A program made the translations under genes and the position numbers. DNA of 64,000 bases. Origin: Felis catus. Taxonomy: Eukaryota. The notes below the pieces were generated by a model. The model was not told the origin of the DNA, did not search any database, and was given only the letters and a program-made list of their open reading frames with translations. The stretch's first letter is position 1. Every line of letters starts with the position of its first letter. The stretch lies in assembly GCF_018350175.1 (NCBI RefSeq), contig NC_058373.1, positions 114,702,001-114,766,000 of the forward strand, given 5' to 3'. This document shows, piece by piece, positions 37,176-51,474 of this stretch.

Positions 37176-40149
37176 AAAGTAAAAAAATTTTTTTAATGTT
37201 TATTTATTTTGAGAGACGGAGAGGGTGAGTAGGGGAGGGGCAGAGAGAGACAGAGAGAGAGAGAGAATCCCAAACAGGCTCTGCACAGTCAACACAGAGC
37301 CTGATGCAGGGCTGGAACCCATGAACCTTGAAATCATGACCTGAACCAAAACCTAGAGTCAGACACCTAACCAACTGAGCCACCCAAGTACCTGAAACAT
37401 GAAACTAATTTTTAAGTCCCATTCAATTTTATTCAAGTCCAACTAGTTTTTATTTTCCAGAATATCAATCAGCTGCATTTGCAAATTGATCAGAAGATGT
37501 TATATTTTTACTAAATATATTTAAAATCCACTGGATCTCTATTTTATTTGGAAGATTCTTAAACACAGTAGAAAAGTATTTCCAAAGATTTATGTGTGCA
37601 AATATGAGCATTTTTATAAGTGACATACTTCCAACAAGACACCTGGGTGGCTCAGTCCATAGAACATGTGACTCTTGATCTTGGGGTCCTGAGTTTACAC
37701 CCTATGTTGGGCATAGAGCTTACTTAAAAATAATAATAATTTTTTTCTATGTTTTTTGGCAAAAAACCCACCAAAACACTTCTTAATATCACTTTTCAAA
37801 ATATAGTAGCTTTCAAAAAGCAATTGTTTTCTCATTCATTACACTATGGACTTTAGCTTGAAGGAACAGTTTCAAAACATGGGGTTTTTTTTGTATTTAT
37901 AAAATAGCATACTATTCACAGCCACCTTGTTGAAAAAGTTAGCAAAATTTGAATGTCTTGTTTGTTTGTTTGTTTGGTTGGTTGGCTGGTTGGTTTTTTC
38001 AGCTAGGGAGAGAGAGAGAGAGAGAGCAGGGGCAGGGGACGGGGACAGATGGAGAGAGGGAATCCCACGCAGGCTCCGTGCTCAGCACAGAGACTCACTC
38101 GGAGCTCAGTCCCACAACCCTGGGATCACAACCTGAGCCAAAATCAAGAGTCGGACGCTCAACCAACTGAGCCACCCAGGCGCCCCAGAATGTTTCTTTT
38201 TGTGAAAGATAAGTCAGGTATTTATAGGTTCTGACAACTATTTTAATACTTTGACCAGAAATGCCTAGCAAATCTCTGAGTGAAGCCAAATACCTTTGTC
38301 ATCAGTCCCCATTCCATCATAGACCACTGTATTATAAAGATTCCGCTATTTAAGTCTTGTTTCTACAAAAATGAACACACTGATGTCATCTCATAAGCAC
38401 AAAAAATGTAAGATGGGCGAGCACCACTATCAGTCCATCTGCACTGTGGAACTCCTATCTCTCCCTCAAGATTCCAAAATGACTCACAACCAGCTGGCAT
38501 CCAGACCAAATAAGGATACCAGTGTCCATCTGTATATTGAATAGTAGCAAACCTGAATTTCTTAAATTTTTTTTTTAGATTTAAAATGTGAATAGAAATC
38601 TAACATTTTCTTTTAACATTCTGATGGACCATCATGTACACCCTGGATGTGCCCATCCTACTCCACTCTGGGGACAATTACTTTAGAGGATGGGGTAGCT
38701 TGGGACCATTTCCACATTATTGCTGAGGAACATGAGGCCTAGACAGGCTGCAGTAAACTGAAGTCAAGAGAAGCCTGGGTTAGAGTTTACTAAAATGGCT
38801 CCATCATTCATTAGCTATGCAGTCCTGTGCATAACACATAATCGCAGCCCCTCTGTTTTCACATTTATAAAATAGAATAATATTGTAAAGTGGAGATAAT
38901 ACCTCATGGGGGTTGATGTGAGGATTAAATAAAATAATTTTGTTAATATAACCATAATACCTTTCTTAAACCCTCACAAATTAATCACATTCCCCAAACC
39001 CTTGCCCTTAGCCTTGACCTCTATCCTCCATTTATGAGGATCATGGAAGCCGTCAGTTGAGAACTCCTTTAATTTTAAGGCTCCTTATCACAAAACTCCT
39101 CTTATCCAAGCACAGTGCTTTCACTGTGCTCTGCAACCATCTCATATTATCTCCTCATGGACCATGTTCCATCAATTATCCGCTTTTTCCTATGTATTAA
39201 TCTATTCCAATGCTACTGGCCTTTTCCCCTAAGTTGAAAACCATGTCCAAGTGTCTCCCAACACTGAAAAAATGGGAAAAAAAATTTTTAACTTAGGTAA
39301 TAAGCTAAAATCCACATTTATGCTCTTCCTTTATTTCTGAAAGGACACTATAAATAATAGCTTATTTAGTATTTATAGATCTACTTCACTATTTTAAACT
39401 GCATAACAATGTTCCATAGTCAACAAATATTTCTTGAGTGTCTACACTGTTCTATGCACTAAAGATATAGCAGTTAACAAGCTGGAGTGGGAAACAGAAA
39501 GTCAGTGAGGTAAACAAGTAAAATATATAATATTTTAGATGGTGATAAGTACTTTGAGTTTAAATTTTTTTTGTTGTTTATTTTTGAGACAGAGAGAGAG
39601 AGAGAAACAGAGCGCAAGTGGGGGAATGGCAGAGAGAGACACACACACAGAATCTGAAGCAGGCTCCAGGCTCCAGGCTCCAAGGTGTCACCACAGAGCC
39701 TGACTTGGGGCTCAAACTCACGAACTGTGAGATCATGACCTGAGCCGAAGTTGGACACTGAACCAACTGAGCCACTCAGGCATCCCAAGTACTTCGAGTT
39801 TTAAATAGAGTGGTCTGAGAAAGCATATCTGGGAAAAGTGACATTGAATAAAGATTAAAAGAAGGTGAAAGAGAAGCCTTTATGAATATGTAGGAGAAGA
39901 ACATTCAAAGAAGAGGAAATAGCATCTACAAATGTCCTGAGTCAGGAGAATGCTTGCCATTCAGTTATAGTTAACAGTATCCATATATAAGTGATGTTAA
40001 GTACTACTCACATTCAGTCAAGGTCCTATCTGAATATACTAAACCAAAAGACTAAATTGTAAAGTTAACAGCAACCAGCAATCCTTATATAAAACAAGAG
40101 GAATCAGGAGAGAGATTCTTTTTATGTACACACAGAAAAAGTTACAAGA

Positions 40150-41775
40150 AAATAGGCATTGCTGTAGTGGTCACAGGTCCTAGTTGACATTTATAACTGT
40201 TGTCTTCCACTATCCATTGATTATTTCCTTTGCCCTCCACTAGAACCTTTGGGTTTTTATCTGGTGGGGTGAACCAAACTTTCATTCCTGAATCTCTCTC
40301 AGGGTCCTACTTTTTTCTGACTGCTTTAATTTCCCACCAGTCTTTCCTATTAGATGTGGAAGTGCTCAGAAAATCCCCTGGATTTCAGAGAAACTCTTGG
40401 GAAACTGTCCCTATTATGTAGCAGAGACCCAGTTCCCCCTTGGTATTTAGGATCAGTCATCTCACTCAGTGAGTAATCCATTTTTGGTTGTTGGTCCCAT
40501 GGCATGAAGAGCCCAAAATGGCTAGATGACATCTCAACTTCCCATTCAATAGAACTATTACTGTGTTTGTGGTAGAAGCATTTCCCTGTTGGAACTAAGG
40601 TTTCCAAACCAACAGAACTTAAAGTTGAAGAAATGGGAAGTAAAAAATCTGGAAGTAGATTATTAGGTGTAAGAATGGGAAAAGCCACTTCTATTTCCCA
40701 CCTTTGGTTTGTGGATCTGTTCATTCTGGCTATAGAAGAGACAGCATTATACATTAAAGGATGTGTTAATTTTGGAAGATAATCCCAATCTTTCAAGATG
40801 TCCTCTCCGCACTGGCATTGGCATTGAAACCAAGCCATCACTAGGTTGTTCGGACATTCCATCAGACTAGCTGCTTCTGGATAATGGGGTATGTGGAAAG
40901 ATCAATGAATTCCATAGACAAGAGCCCATTAGCATGCTTCTTTTTTGGTGAAATGTGTTTCCTGATTAGAAGCAATGTCATATAAAACACCATTATAGTA
41001 AATACGCATTCTGTTTAAATCCATGGATGATGGTGGTGCTGGCCGAAGTACCATATGAGCAGGGAAGATACAATCCATACCCATAATATACATCTATTTC
41101 AGTAAGGACAGATTGCTGTTACCTCTGTGATATAAGGAGTCCAGTGTAATCAATTTGCTACTAATTGGCTGACTGCTGCCCCAGGGAATGTCATACTGAG
41201 GGTCTAGCCTAAGTCTTTATTGCAAGTATGTGAGGCTTCCTAGGGGCTTAGCCAGGTCAGACTTATTAAGGGGAAGCTGATGTTGTTGAATCCATGCATA
41301 GTCTTTATCCCTGTAACATGGCCATGTTGTACTTGAGCTCCTTGAACAAACACTGCTATGTCTGGGAAAAGGATACTATGTGTCCTCTTGTCCATCTGAT
41401 TGAGAGCCTCCCCTGCAATAGATGACCTTTTGTGAGCATTTTTATTGAACTCAAATATTGTTACAGCTTGCCCATTGGAAAGGTCCATTCACATACCTCT
41501 TCCCCACACCTTCTTTCTAATTATCTTCAAAGGCCTCTATTCTCTCCAAGTCTCCTAAGCATGCAGTGAAATCATTAGCAACTACCAGTTAATTAATCAC
41601 TATATATCTGTTCTTCTGGCCAGTTCACCATCCAGATAGAGTGGACAACCAAATGTATTTTTTGGAAATCTACCCACTGAGAGGATTTTGCTTCACCACT
41701 ATCTTTCGAGGATTTTCCAGTTGAGGGTTGTAATGCTACAGCAGTATCTCCTATTGGGTGCAGAAGTATCTGAAA
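40150..41775 (-). mobile_element. ERV-L pol remnant (RNase H, integrase, dUTPase-like)
   Basis: ORF fragments ALQPSTGKSSKDSGEAKSSQWVDFQKIHLVVHSIW...IYSD (RNase H) and YNAVSSIARM...FLLPISSTLSSVGLETLVP...HFGLFMP...DPKYQGGTGSLLHN (integrase C-terminus to dUTPase). Confidence 0.8.
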
Positions 41776-41779
41776 ACCA

Positions 41780-42925
41780 GGCATGACACAGGTAACTTAC
41801 ATTGGTTGATTTTCAAATGTTAAATCAACTTTCAGTTCCTCAAATAGTTTTTATCTTTTCTTGATCATTCTGACTGGAGGCTTGTGGGCTTTATTAATTC
41901 AAAAAAGCAAGCTTTTGTTTGCATTGTTTATTGCTATTTTTGTCTATTTTCTATTTTGTTGATTTCTGCTTTTATCTTGATTATTTCCTTCTATTTCCAT
42001 TGGGCTTAATTTGCTCTTATTTTCTAATTCCTTAAGGTGAAAATGTAGATTGTTGATTTTAGATCTTCTTTTAATATATAAAAATTTAAAGCTATAAATT
42101 TCCCTGGAAGCACTGCTTTATCTGTATCCCACAAATATCAAAATGTTTTCACTAACATCCATTTAAAAATATCATCTTTAAAAAATTTTTTTTAAATTTT
42201 TTAATGTTAATTCATTTTTGAGAGAGAGAAAGAGACAGAGTATGCATGGGGGAGGGGCAGAGAGAGAGGGAGACCCAGAATCTGAAGCAGGCTCCAGGCT
42301 CTGAGCTGTCAGCACAGAGCCCCACATGGGGCTCAAACTCACCAACTGTGAGATCATGACCTGAGTCTAAGTCAGACGCTTAACCGACTAAGCCACCCAG
42401 GCGCCCCTAAAAATATCTTCTAATTTCTCTTGATTTTTTGACTTGTGGATTATTTAGAAGTATGTATACTGATTTCCAAATATTTTTAGTTTTCTTAGAA
42501 TCTTGTTATTTATAACTAATCCCGGTGTCAGAGAAACTTTCTTTTAAATTGTCAATGTTTAAATATTTATCAGTACTTGTTCTTTGGCTTCACATATAGT
42601 CTATCCTGGTGAATATGCCATTTGCCCTTGAAAAGAATGTGTATAGTTGTTGGGCATTGAGTTCTATTAATGTCAATTAGGACAAAGTAGTTAATCGTGT
42701 TGTTCAGTTCTTATATGTCTTTGATGGTTTTCTACCTGGTTGGATTGTCAGGTTAAAGACTATAAAAGAAAATTCACCTCATGTCATTACTTGTAAGTGT
42801 TGACTCCCTGTCAGAATCTACCTGCTTTTGTTCACTCTCCAGTGCCTTCAGGGAGGTGTTTTTATGGTGTGTTTTGTCCAGAGTTTATGTCTCGTCCAGC
42901 ACAGGGTCTTACCAGAAATACCATA
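41780..42925 (-). mobile_element. Old LINE-1 fragment (ORF2 5' region) inserted in the ERV-L
   Basis: T-rich L1 antisense motifs (gctataaatttccctggaagcactgctttatctgtatcccacaaat; tgcccttgaaaagaatgtgtat). Confidence 0.75.
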
Positions 42926-42929
42926 AGTG

Positions 42930-43075
42930 GTTAATTCCAATAACATTTTATTAAGCTATCCATTTAACTTAGGACACCAGGATCAATCACCCACTGCCAA
43001 AGATTCTTACATATCAAAACTTTCTGAACACCATTTCATTTCTGCTACTCCTTATGATAATTGTGCCTACATTGG
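42930..43075 (-). mobile_element. ERV-L gag 3' remnant
   Basis: Decayed translation ...KNLWQWVIDPGV resembles ERV-L gag LWHWLINHGVP. Confidence 0.55.
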
Positions 43076-43691
43076 TTTTTTTTTTATTTTTACCTGTTAA
43101 ATAAGCTTTTTATTTTAGAATATTTTAGATTTATAAAAAACTTGTGAAGATAGAATAAAGAGTTCCCATATACCCCCCACCCAACTTCCCCTATTATTAA
43201 CATCTTATCTTAGTATGGTACCTTTGCATAATTAATGAACCCATATCATTACATTGTTATTAATTAAAGTCCATACTTCATTTAGATTACTTTAACTTTT
43301 ACCCGATAATCCTTTTTGTGTTCTAGGATCTTATCAGGGATACCACTTTACATTTAGTTGACATGTCTCCTTAGGTTCCTCTTCGCTGGGACTTTTCCTT
43401 GTCTTTGATGACCTTGACAGTTTTGAAGAGTACTAATCAAGTATTTTGTCACTCAATAGGGATTTGTCTGATGTTTATCTCATGATTAGACTGGAGTTGC
43501 CTGGCTGGCTTAGTTGGTAGGACATCTGACTCTTGACCTCAAGGTCATGAGTTCAAGACCCACAGTTAGGTGTAGAGATTCTTAAAAAAGAGAGAGAAAG
43601 AGATGAGGGACAGAAGCAAAAAAGCTTGGGGCTATGTGTTTTGGGAGGAAGGCCACAGAGTGCCATTTTCATCAAATTATATCAAGGATAT

Positions 43692-44065
43692 TGCTATGGA
43701 CTGGATTGTGTCCTTCCTTAGCCCCACAAATTCATATGTTGAGCCCTAGGCCCCAATTTGACCCTATTTGGAGGTAGGGCCTTTAGGCTGTAATTAAGAT
43801 TAAATGAAGTAGTAAGGGTGGGGCCTTGATCCAATAGGATTAGTGTCCTTATACAAGAGACACCAGAGATCTCCCTCACCCTCCATCACCTGAGGACGTA
43901 GTGAGAAATGGGCCATCTACAAGCTAGGAAAAGAGTTTTCAACAGAAACAGAATTAGCCATCACCTTGGTCTGGGATTTCTCAGCCTCTAGAACTATGAG
44001 AAATAAATTTCTGTTCTTGAAGCCACCCAGTCTATGGCATTTTGTTATGGCAGTCCTAGTTTTTT
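43692..44065 (+). mobile_element. MaLR LTR (MLT1A/B-like)
   Basis: tgctatggactggattgtgtcc...caaattcatatgttga...aataaatttctgttcttgaagccacccagtctatggcattttgttatggcag. Confidence 0.8.
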
Positions 44066-44149
44066 TAGGCAGTCCATACATATGACTTATAGCCTTGATA
44101 ATGTGGCTAAGGTAGTTTTGTCAGATTTCTTCAGTGTAAAGTTACTCTT

Positions 44150-44697
44150 TGGGCACCAACCCAGATGTCATCATTCCAGTTTCAGTGTCATCCCCTTCCC
44201 CATCATTGCCTTATCTTTCACTAGAGAGTTCTGGCATGGCTATGAAATCAACTTATGTTGTAATTCTGAAATCTGCACAATTAAATTCTATGTTTGATTT
44301 TCAGCAATATTCGTTTGTAAGTATAAAAAAATAAGCGATTCTTTAGGACTGCCAAAGAAGCTTTCTCTGTCACTTGAACTGAATGTTTAATGACTTGACC
44401 TTTTCCATTTCTTATATGAGTTCTTTGTGGGGAGCAAATGAAGCCACTCCCAACATAGAGTTGTTACTGTCTACATTACCATCAAACAGTCATACGTGAC
44501 TTCAAAGCGTTTGCTTTAGTGGGCACTCCAACACAAATGACTAAAGGTGATAAGTTGATCATTTATGATGCCACTACATCCCATTTCCCACTGACAACTT
44601 GCTCAACATTGCATTTGAATTTAAGGATATAAACAAATCAACCCCAAATCCTATAGCTGAAAGTCAGCCTCCTAGAACTATTCTTGGGACCATTTTC
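44150..44697 (-). mobile_element. ERV-L internal region, leader and gag 5' remnant
   Basis: Decayed translation AENQT*NLIVQISELQHKLIS*PCQNSLVKDKAMMGK resembles ERV-L gag. Confidence 0.7.
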
Positions 44698-45298
44698 TGT
44701 ATTAGTCAGTGTTCAACAAACTACAGCAGTTACCTTAACTAAGAAAATTCATATAAACAGTTATTGGAGATATCATAGGCATTGGAGAATTGAAAAGAAA
44801 GTGGGACTAAGAAGTAGTAACTGCAAGAAGTAGATGGGGAAATAAAGAGTCAAGGTTGGGATCGTTGGGATTAAACACTTGAAGGAGGGGCCCTCGGGAG
44901 CTGGAACCCAGACCTTAAAAACACGCTACCTGACTTATACTGGTAGCTCAGTAGCTCAGCGGTGGGCGTCTTCATGGCTCAGACCTCTGAGGGGGTTGCT
45001 GCCTAGCTGGTACTGGTCCCTCTGAGGAATGTGATAAGGCTAGTTCTGGGAGTATGGAAAGGAATCCAGGACTACTGCTGGCATGTGACTGGATAGAAAC
45101 AAAAAGTGAACAGGAAGGAGCAGCAGTCCCTTCTCCCTTCTTCCTGCCTCTCATCTCCCACTATTGACTATTGGCAGGAGCTAACAGAGAGCCAGTCTGG
45201 TGAAGGAAAAGTGTGAAACGCAAAGACCCAGCCTCAGCACCACAAAACTAAGCATAAACGGCTTGAAGCTGAGGAACAGCTTCTTTATTACCAGTACA
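44698..45298 (-). mobile_element. ERV-L 5' LTR (LTR41/LTR52-like)
   Basis: Minus strand TGTACTGGTAAT...CTGACTAATACA, immediately followed by an ERVL-int-like start (gaaaatggtcccaagaatagttctagg). Confidence 0.7.
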
Positions 45299-46614
45299 GT
45301 TAGACAATCATTGCTCAAATTATATACAAAAAGATGAAGGGGAGGCAGGAGTCTAGGACATTTCACCGATTTCTAGTGTTCGTAACTGAATGAATAGTGG
45401 AGAAAGGTAGAATAAATGTGGAGTTGAGAGTTAGAAAGGAGCTAGTTTGCAGCATGTGAAAAGATCTGCTGGGGTTGATAAATTTAGTTTGAGAAGCCTG
45501 GAGTCTAATATAGTACAATTCAAAGTGTAGTCTTTGGACTAGCTGGTCTGTAATGTAAACAAAAAAAAAATTGCAGTAAAGTATGTATAACTTAAAATCT
45601 ATCACTTTAATCATTTTACAACTGTGGTAAAAAAAATATATATATATATACATATAATATATAATTTAAAATTTACCATTTTAACCATTTTTTAATGTAC
45701 AATTCCATGGCATTAAGTATATTTACATTGTTTTGTAACTATTACCACCATCCATCTCCAGATTTTTTCCATCATCCCAAACTGAAACTCCGTGCCCAAT
45801 AAACAGTAACTTCCCATTCCTCTCTCCCCCCAGCTCCTGGTCACCACTATTCCACTCTAGTCTCTATGAATTTGACTCTTCTAGCAACCTCATGTAAGTG
45901 GTATCATGCATTATTTGTCCTTTTGTGTCTGGCTTATTTCACTCAGCATAAATACCTTCAAGGTTCACTCCTGTTGTAGCACGTATTATAATTTAATTCC
46001 TTTTTAAACCTGGAAAACATTTCACTTTCTGCAATTTGGGGGGTTTTTTAAATGCATTTTTATTTATTTTTAAAGTAGACTCTACTCCCAATGTGGAGCT
46101 GGAACTCATGACTCTGAGATCAATAGTCACATGCTCTATGACTGAACCAGCTAGGTACTCCGCAATTGGCTTTTATCAGTCCTCAATAAGATAAAAGTTT
46201 GTTCCAGAATGTGAAGTATCTATGTCAGCAAGCACAGTTTTGTAGGAAGAATTCTTCAGTGAAGGAAACAGTATGGTGATTTACATTTTGGAGCAAGGTC
46301 CCTTTTTCATTGCTTTGAGTAGCACTGGGAGTAAGTATTTAGAGACAGCTTTTGACTGGAGATTCAGAAATCATTATTGTGTAAAAGAAAAAAAAATTCA
46401 AACTAGAACCAGAATGCATTTTTTTCATGTTGTAATTTACATCTGCCTTCGAGGGAGAAATGAGAATTTCTGATAAAATGCCTACACAAAATCCTAATAA
46501 AACTAAAGGGATTAAAACTTCCAAGAAGCCAGTTATGCACCCAGTCACCTTTCAGTTCAGAGTGTAGTGAATTTCACCAAATATTCTTTTTTTTCTTGTA
46601 ACTAATCTAAAGTG

Positions 46615-46678
46615 ATTTTTTCTTTTTTTCTTTTTCTTTCTTTCCTTCCTTCTCTCTTTCTCTCTTCCTCATTCTTTC

Positions 46679-46724
<46 letters not shown>

Positions 46725-47131
46725 ATTTATTTATATTTTTATTATTTTTTTAAATTTACATCCAAGTTAGTTAGCATATAGTGCAATAATGATTTCAGAA
46801 GTAGAATCCAGTGATTCATCCCCTACATATAACACCCAGTGCTTATCCCGACAAGTGTCCTCCTCAATGCCCCTTGCCCATTTAGCCCATCCCCCACCCA
46901 CAACCCTCCAGCAACCCTCAGTTTGTTCTCTTATGTTTTGTCCCCTCCCTGTTTTTATATTATTTTTGCTTTTCTTCCCTTTTGTTCATCTGTTTTGTAT
47001 CTTAAATTCCACATATGAGTGAAGTCATTCTGTGACTAACTTCCATAATACACTCTAGTTCCATCCATGTTGTTGCAAATGGCAAGATTTCATTCTTTCT
47101 AAATGCCGAATTGTATATATAGACCATTGTA

Positions 47132-47163
<32 letters not shown>

Positions 47164-47500
47164 CAATATGTATATATACAATATATACAATATGTATATG
47201 TACAATATATACAATATGTATATATACAATATATATAGACATTGTATATATAGACCACATCTTCTTTATCCATTCATCCACCAATGGACATTTGGGCTCT
47301 TTTCATACTTTGGCTATTGTCGATAGCATTTCTATAAACATTGGGGGGGGGGGTGTGCCCCTTCGAAACAGCATACCTGTATCCTTTGGATAAATACCTA
47401 GTAGTGCAATATCTGGGTCATAGGGTAGTTCTATTTTTAATTTTTTGAGGAACCTCCGTATGGTTTTCCAGAGTGGCTGCATCAGTTTGCATTCCCACTG
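46615..47500 (-). mobile_element. Carnivore L1 3' end with (TTTC)n-converted tail
   Basis: aatttacatccaagttagttagcatatagtgc..., aatacctagtagtgcaat..., gagtggctgcatcagtttgcattcccac; (TTTC)n at ~46679-46722. Confidence 0.85.
47111..47257. repeat. Complex TA-rich repeat inside the L1 3' UTR
   Basis: (TA)n and tatacaata modules, bounded by the direct repeat ttgtatatatagacca. Confidence 0.9.
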
Positions 47501-47526
47501 AATTGGACTTCTTAAAGCATAATAGT

Positions 47527-47558
<32 letters not shown>

Positions 47559-48256
47559 TTATGAATCAGATGCAGTTATGAAATAAATACATGTCAAAGA
47601 TTTGACTTAACTCATTATTTAATGAAGGATCTGGAAAAGATGTTATAATCAGTTCAAAGGAAAACCCAAAGACCAAATATCTAAGCCTATCAAAAATGTT
47701 GACACATTTTCTCAATACACACAAGGCTGGCTTATTAAGAGGTGTGGGGAACTGGGGTTGTCAATAGAAGCTTCACCTAACAGCATTTATTTGCACATCT
47801 AAAGACAATAACTATTTGCATTATTATCAGCTTTCTACAAATTAACATATATCTCTTCAGCAGTGTAAAACAGCTCAAAAACTATAGAAGGCAGAAACCC
47901 CATAGAATCTGGTAAGTGGGAAGGGTATGCTTAGAACAATGCAGTTTTCTATTTCCCGATAATCTTTTCGCCCATTTAGAAGTATCCTACTATTGGCCTT
48001 CTTCCTTGTTGTAAGATACTAAAGAAAGTTTAATGTATGCTCATAACAAAATTATCTGAAAATTTTTCGTAAACACTTGGCTTCTAACGTTGGTTGCTGA
48101 TGTGGGAAAGTGAGGCAGGAATCTTGAAAGTATGAAAGTAAGTAATTTTCACTGAATCCTCATGTTTTTAGTATGACACCCCATTCTTTTTGTTGTTGTT
48201 AATTTTTTTTTAAGTTATCTTTTTATTTTGAGGAAAAGAGCAAGCAGGGTAGGGGC

Positions 48257-48287
<31 letters not shown>

Positions 48288-49539
48288 CAGAGAATCCCAA
48301 GCAGGTTCCACACTGTCAGTGCAGAGCCTGATGTGGGGCTCGATCTCATGAACCAGGCGGTCATTACCTGAGCTCAAATCAAGAGTCGGATGCTCAACTG
48401 ACTGTGCCACCCAGGTTCCCTAGTTCCCAGGTTCCCTAGTATGGCACCCTTATTCTTAACTAGACAAGGTATCTTCTACTTTATTGTCTCCAGGGAATCA
48501 ATCCTAAACCTTCTGCAGGGTTGGCAGCTAGGAAGGAAATGAGGTGGTCCAACTGCTTCTGAAATAGACTTTTAACCAGTTATTCTGCTTTTCGTCCCAA
48601 CTTTACCCCTGCTTCTTGAGGTACCTGGTGCTTTCAATTCTTGAGGCTTTTGGTGGTTTTGTAGCTCAAACCAGGCTTGCTTTTGGCCTGTCCTTTGATA
48701 GATGAAGAAGAGTCTGCTAAGTCAGTTCCCACTATCTGTCTGCTTTCCAGCTTCCAAAATGTTAGTGATTTTATCTCCTGTTCTCTAAGAGACTGACTAT
48801 ACAAACAGAAAATAGCCAGGTCTCATATGACAGTAGAACTCTGACCCATGACTTCTACAGCAACCACCAGCCTGGGAAGCCAAACCACAGCTTCTGAGTC
48901 AAACAGCCCAGAATGGTTAGAGCTTGTTGATGGGTCTGCTTCTTTATATTTTGCCCCTACTTCCAACACAGGACCAACCAGAGAAAGCCAAACCAATCAC
49001 ATAAGAAGCCTGGCTTCTAGTCAGCTCATCTCCAGTTTCCCCATTACAATGGCCACCAACCATATCTGAAGCTGCCCCTGTTTTCATTATAAAAGTTTCC
49101 CACTTGTCTGCCTGCCTTTGAGTCTTTGCCAATTGCGAGTGATGGTGGCCGACTCTCTGCTAGGTTTACTCTCATTTTAGTCGTCTGCTTTTTCTATATC
49201 TTTTTTACCTTGAAGTTTTGTTTTTTCCCCGTTTTTACTTATTTTTTTTTGAATTTTTTAATATTTATTTTTGAGAGAAAGAGAGAGCACGAGCTGGGGA
49301 GGGGCAGAGAGAGAGAGGGAGACACAGAATCCGAAGCAGGCTCCAGGCTCTGAGCTGTCAGCACAGAGCCCGATGCGGGGCTTGAACCCATGAACCATGA
49401 GATCATGACTTGAGCTGAAGTTGGACGCTTAACCGACTGAGCCACCCGGGCGCCCCTTGTTTTCAAAGAGAGATTTCAGTAGGAAGTAGAGTTACATGTG
49501 GCTCACTCCATCATCTTAAACTGGCATTCTCTTTGTGTG

Positions 49540-49570
<31 letters not shown>

Positions 49571-51423
49571 CTGTGTCTGTGTTTCTGACTTAGATGTCAG
49601 GAATCCACTTTTACCCTCCAGCTTCAGAAGGCCCACACATAACATTTGCTTTTCTTCTTGCAAACATGGATACAAAATTCAACACCCATTCAAAGTCCTC
49701 CAAAGAATCTGCTGGAACTAAAACATTAGAGGATGATACACAATTGACTTTCCTGAGCCTTACCTATGAGAGATAGAGGATGAGGTTACATTATGTGTAC
49801 ACATCCCACACCAAAGAACTTAAACTCAACTCCCCAAATGCTTTAAACGTTTCTTTCTCCCTCAAAGTCTCTCCTCTGAGATGTCTTTCTCTTTCTCCCA
49901 GGAAGCTGGGAGCCTTGCTGACTCCTCCCTTTATCTCTGATTGCTCCCTGAATTTTCTAATTCCTCACCCTTTTGCCCTAGGAAGCAGTTCAGCTCAACC
50001 TCCATGAGCACCACTCACTACAAAACAAAAGGAATGCTGATTCACCAGCCTTTCAACCCCTATTGTTAGGTGAACTTGTCCTATGGCAGTGAGAGTCTCA
50101 CCCTCATTTCATTTTATTTCATTTAAAAAATATATTTATTTATTTTGAGAGAGAGAGAGCCCGAGCACAAGGAGGGGTGCAGACAGAGAGAGGGAGAGAA
50201 GACAATCCCAAGCAGGCTCTGTGGTGACAGCTTGGGGTGCTATCACACAAACTGTGAGATCATCACCTGAGCCAAAATCAAGAGTTGGACACTTAGGGAT
50301 GCCTTGGTGGCTCAGTCAGTTAAGCATCTGACTTCAGCTCAGGTCAGGATCTCATGGTTTGATCTCATGGTTCGTGAGTTCGAGCCCTGCTTCGGGCTCT
50401 GTGCTGACAGGCTCAGAGTCTGGAGCCTGCTTCAGATTCTGTGTCTCCCTCTCTCTCTGCCCCTCTCCCACTTGTACTCTGTCTCTCTCAAAAATAAATG
50501 AGCATTAAAATAATAATAATAAAAAAAGAGTTGGATGCTTAACTGACTGATACACCAGGTGCCCCAGTCTTACCCTTATTTTAAAGGGTCTTCATGAATT
50601 TCTTCTTTTCCAAGACGTAGTTTCAGTCTAGCTCTTTAGAAGAGAGAAAAAAGTTCCATATATCTCTAAACCACCAAAAAAAGGATACCTTTTCTCATTT
50701 GATAACAAATCATCTTTTTGTCTTTCCAACTAGCTTGTAAGCTTCTTGAGTGCATAGCTACATATTTTTATAATCTGTATAGTACCTAATAATATTACAA
50801 AAGTTTATAGAAGGGATCAGTGGACAGAAAGGATAGATAGAATTTTGATGGAAGGAAATAGGATTTTCAGAAAGAGCCTCTTTAGTGGTTCCTCTAAGCT
50901 TTGACCTTTATCTCCAACACACTAAACAAATCCAATAAAGATGTTTTGTTTTCACCTTTATTGTGTATCTTCAAGGCTGGGCCCTGTATTCAACAGGGTT
51001 TTTGTTTGTTTGTTTGTTTGTTTGTTTTTAAGATGTTATTTTTAAATAATCTCTACATCCAATGTGGGGCTCAAACTCACAACCCCAAGATCAAGAGCTG
51101 CATGTTCTACCGACTGAGCCAGCCAGTTTTAGTCAACTTGTGTGGTATGCATTCAGTATTAATACCTTTCATTTCATGTATCAGTTAGGGATTGGGTTTC
51201 ATTGCTGGTAACAAAGACTTCACTGTAGTGGCTTAAAAAATTAGTTTATTTTTTGGGGCACCTGGGTGGCTCAGTGGGTTAAATGTCTGACTTGGGCTCA
51301 GGTCATGATCTCACAGTTGATGAGTTCCAGCCCTGTGTCGGGCTCTGTGCTGACAGCTTGGAGCCTGGAGCCTGCTTCAGATTCTGTGTCACCCTCTCTC
51401 TCTCTGCCCCTCCCTCACTCACG

Positions 51424-51474
<51 letters not shown>

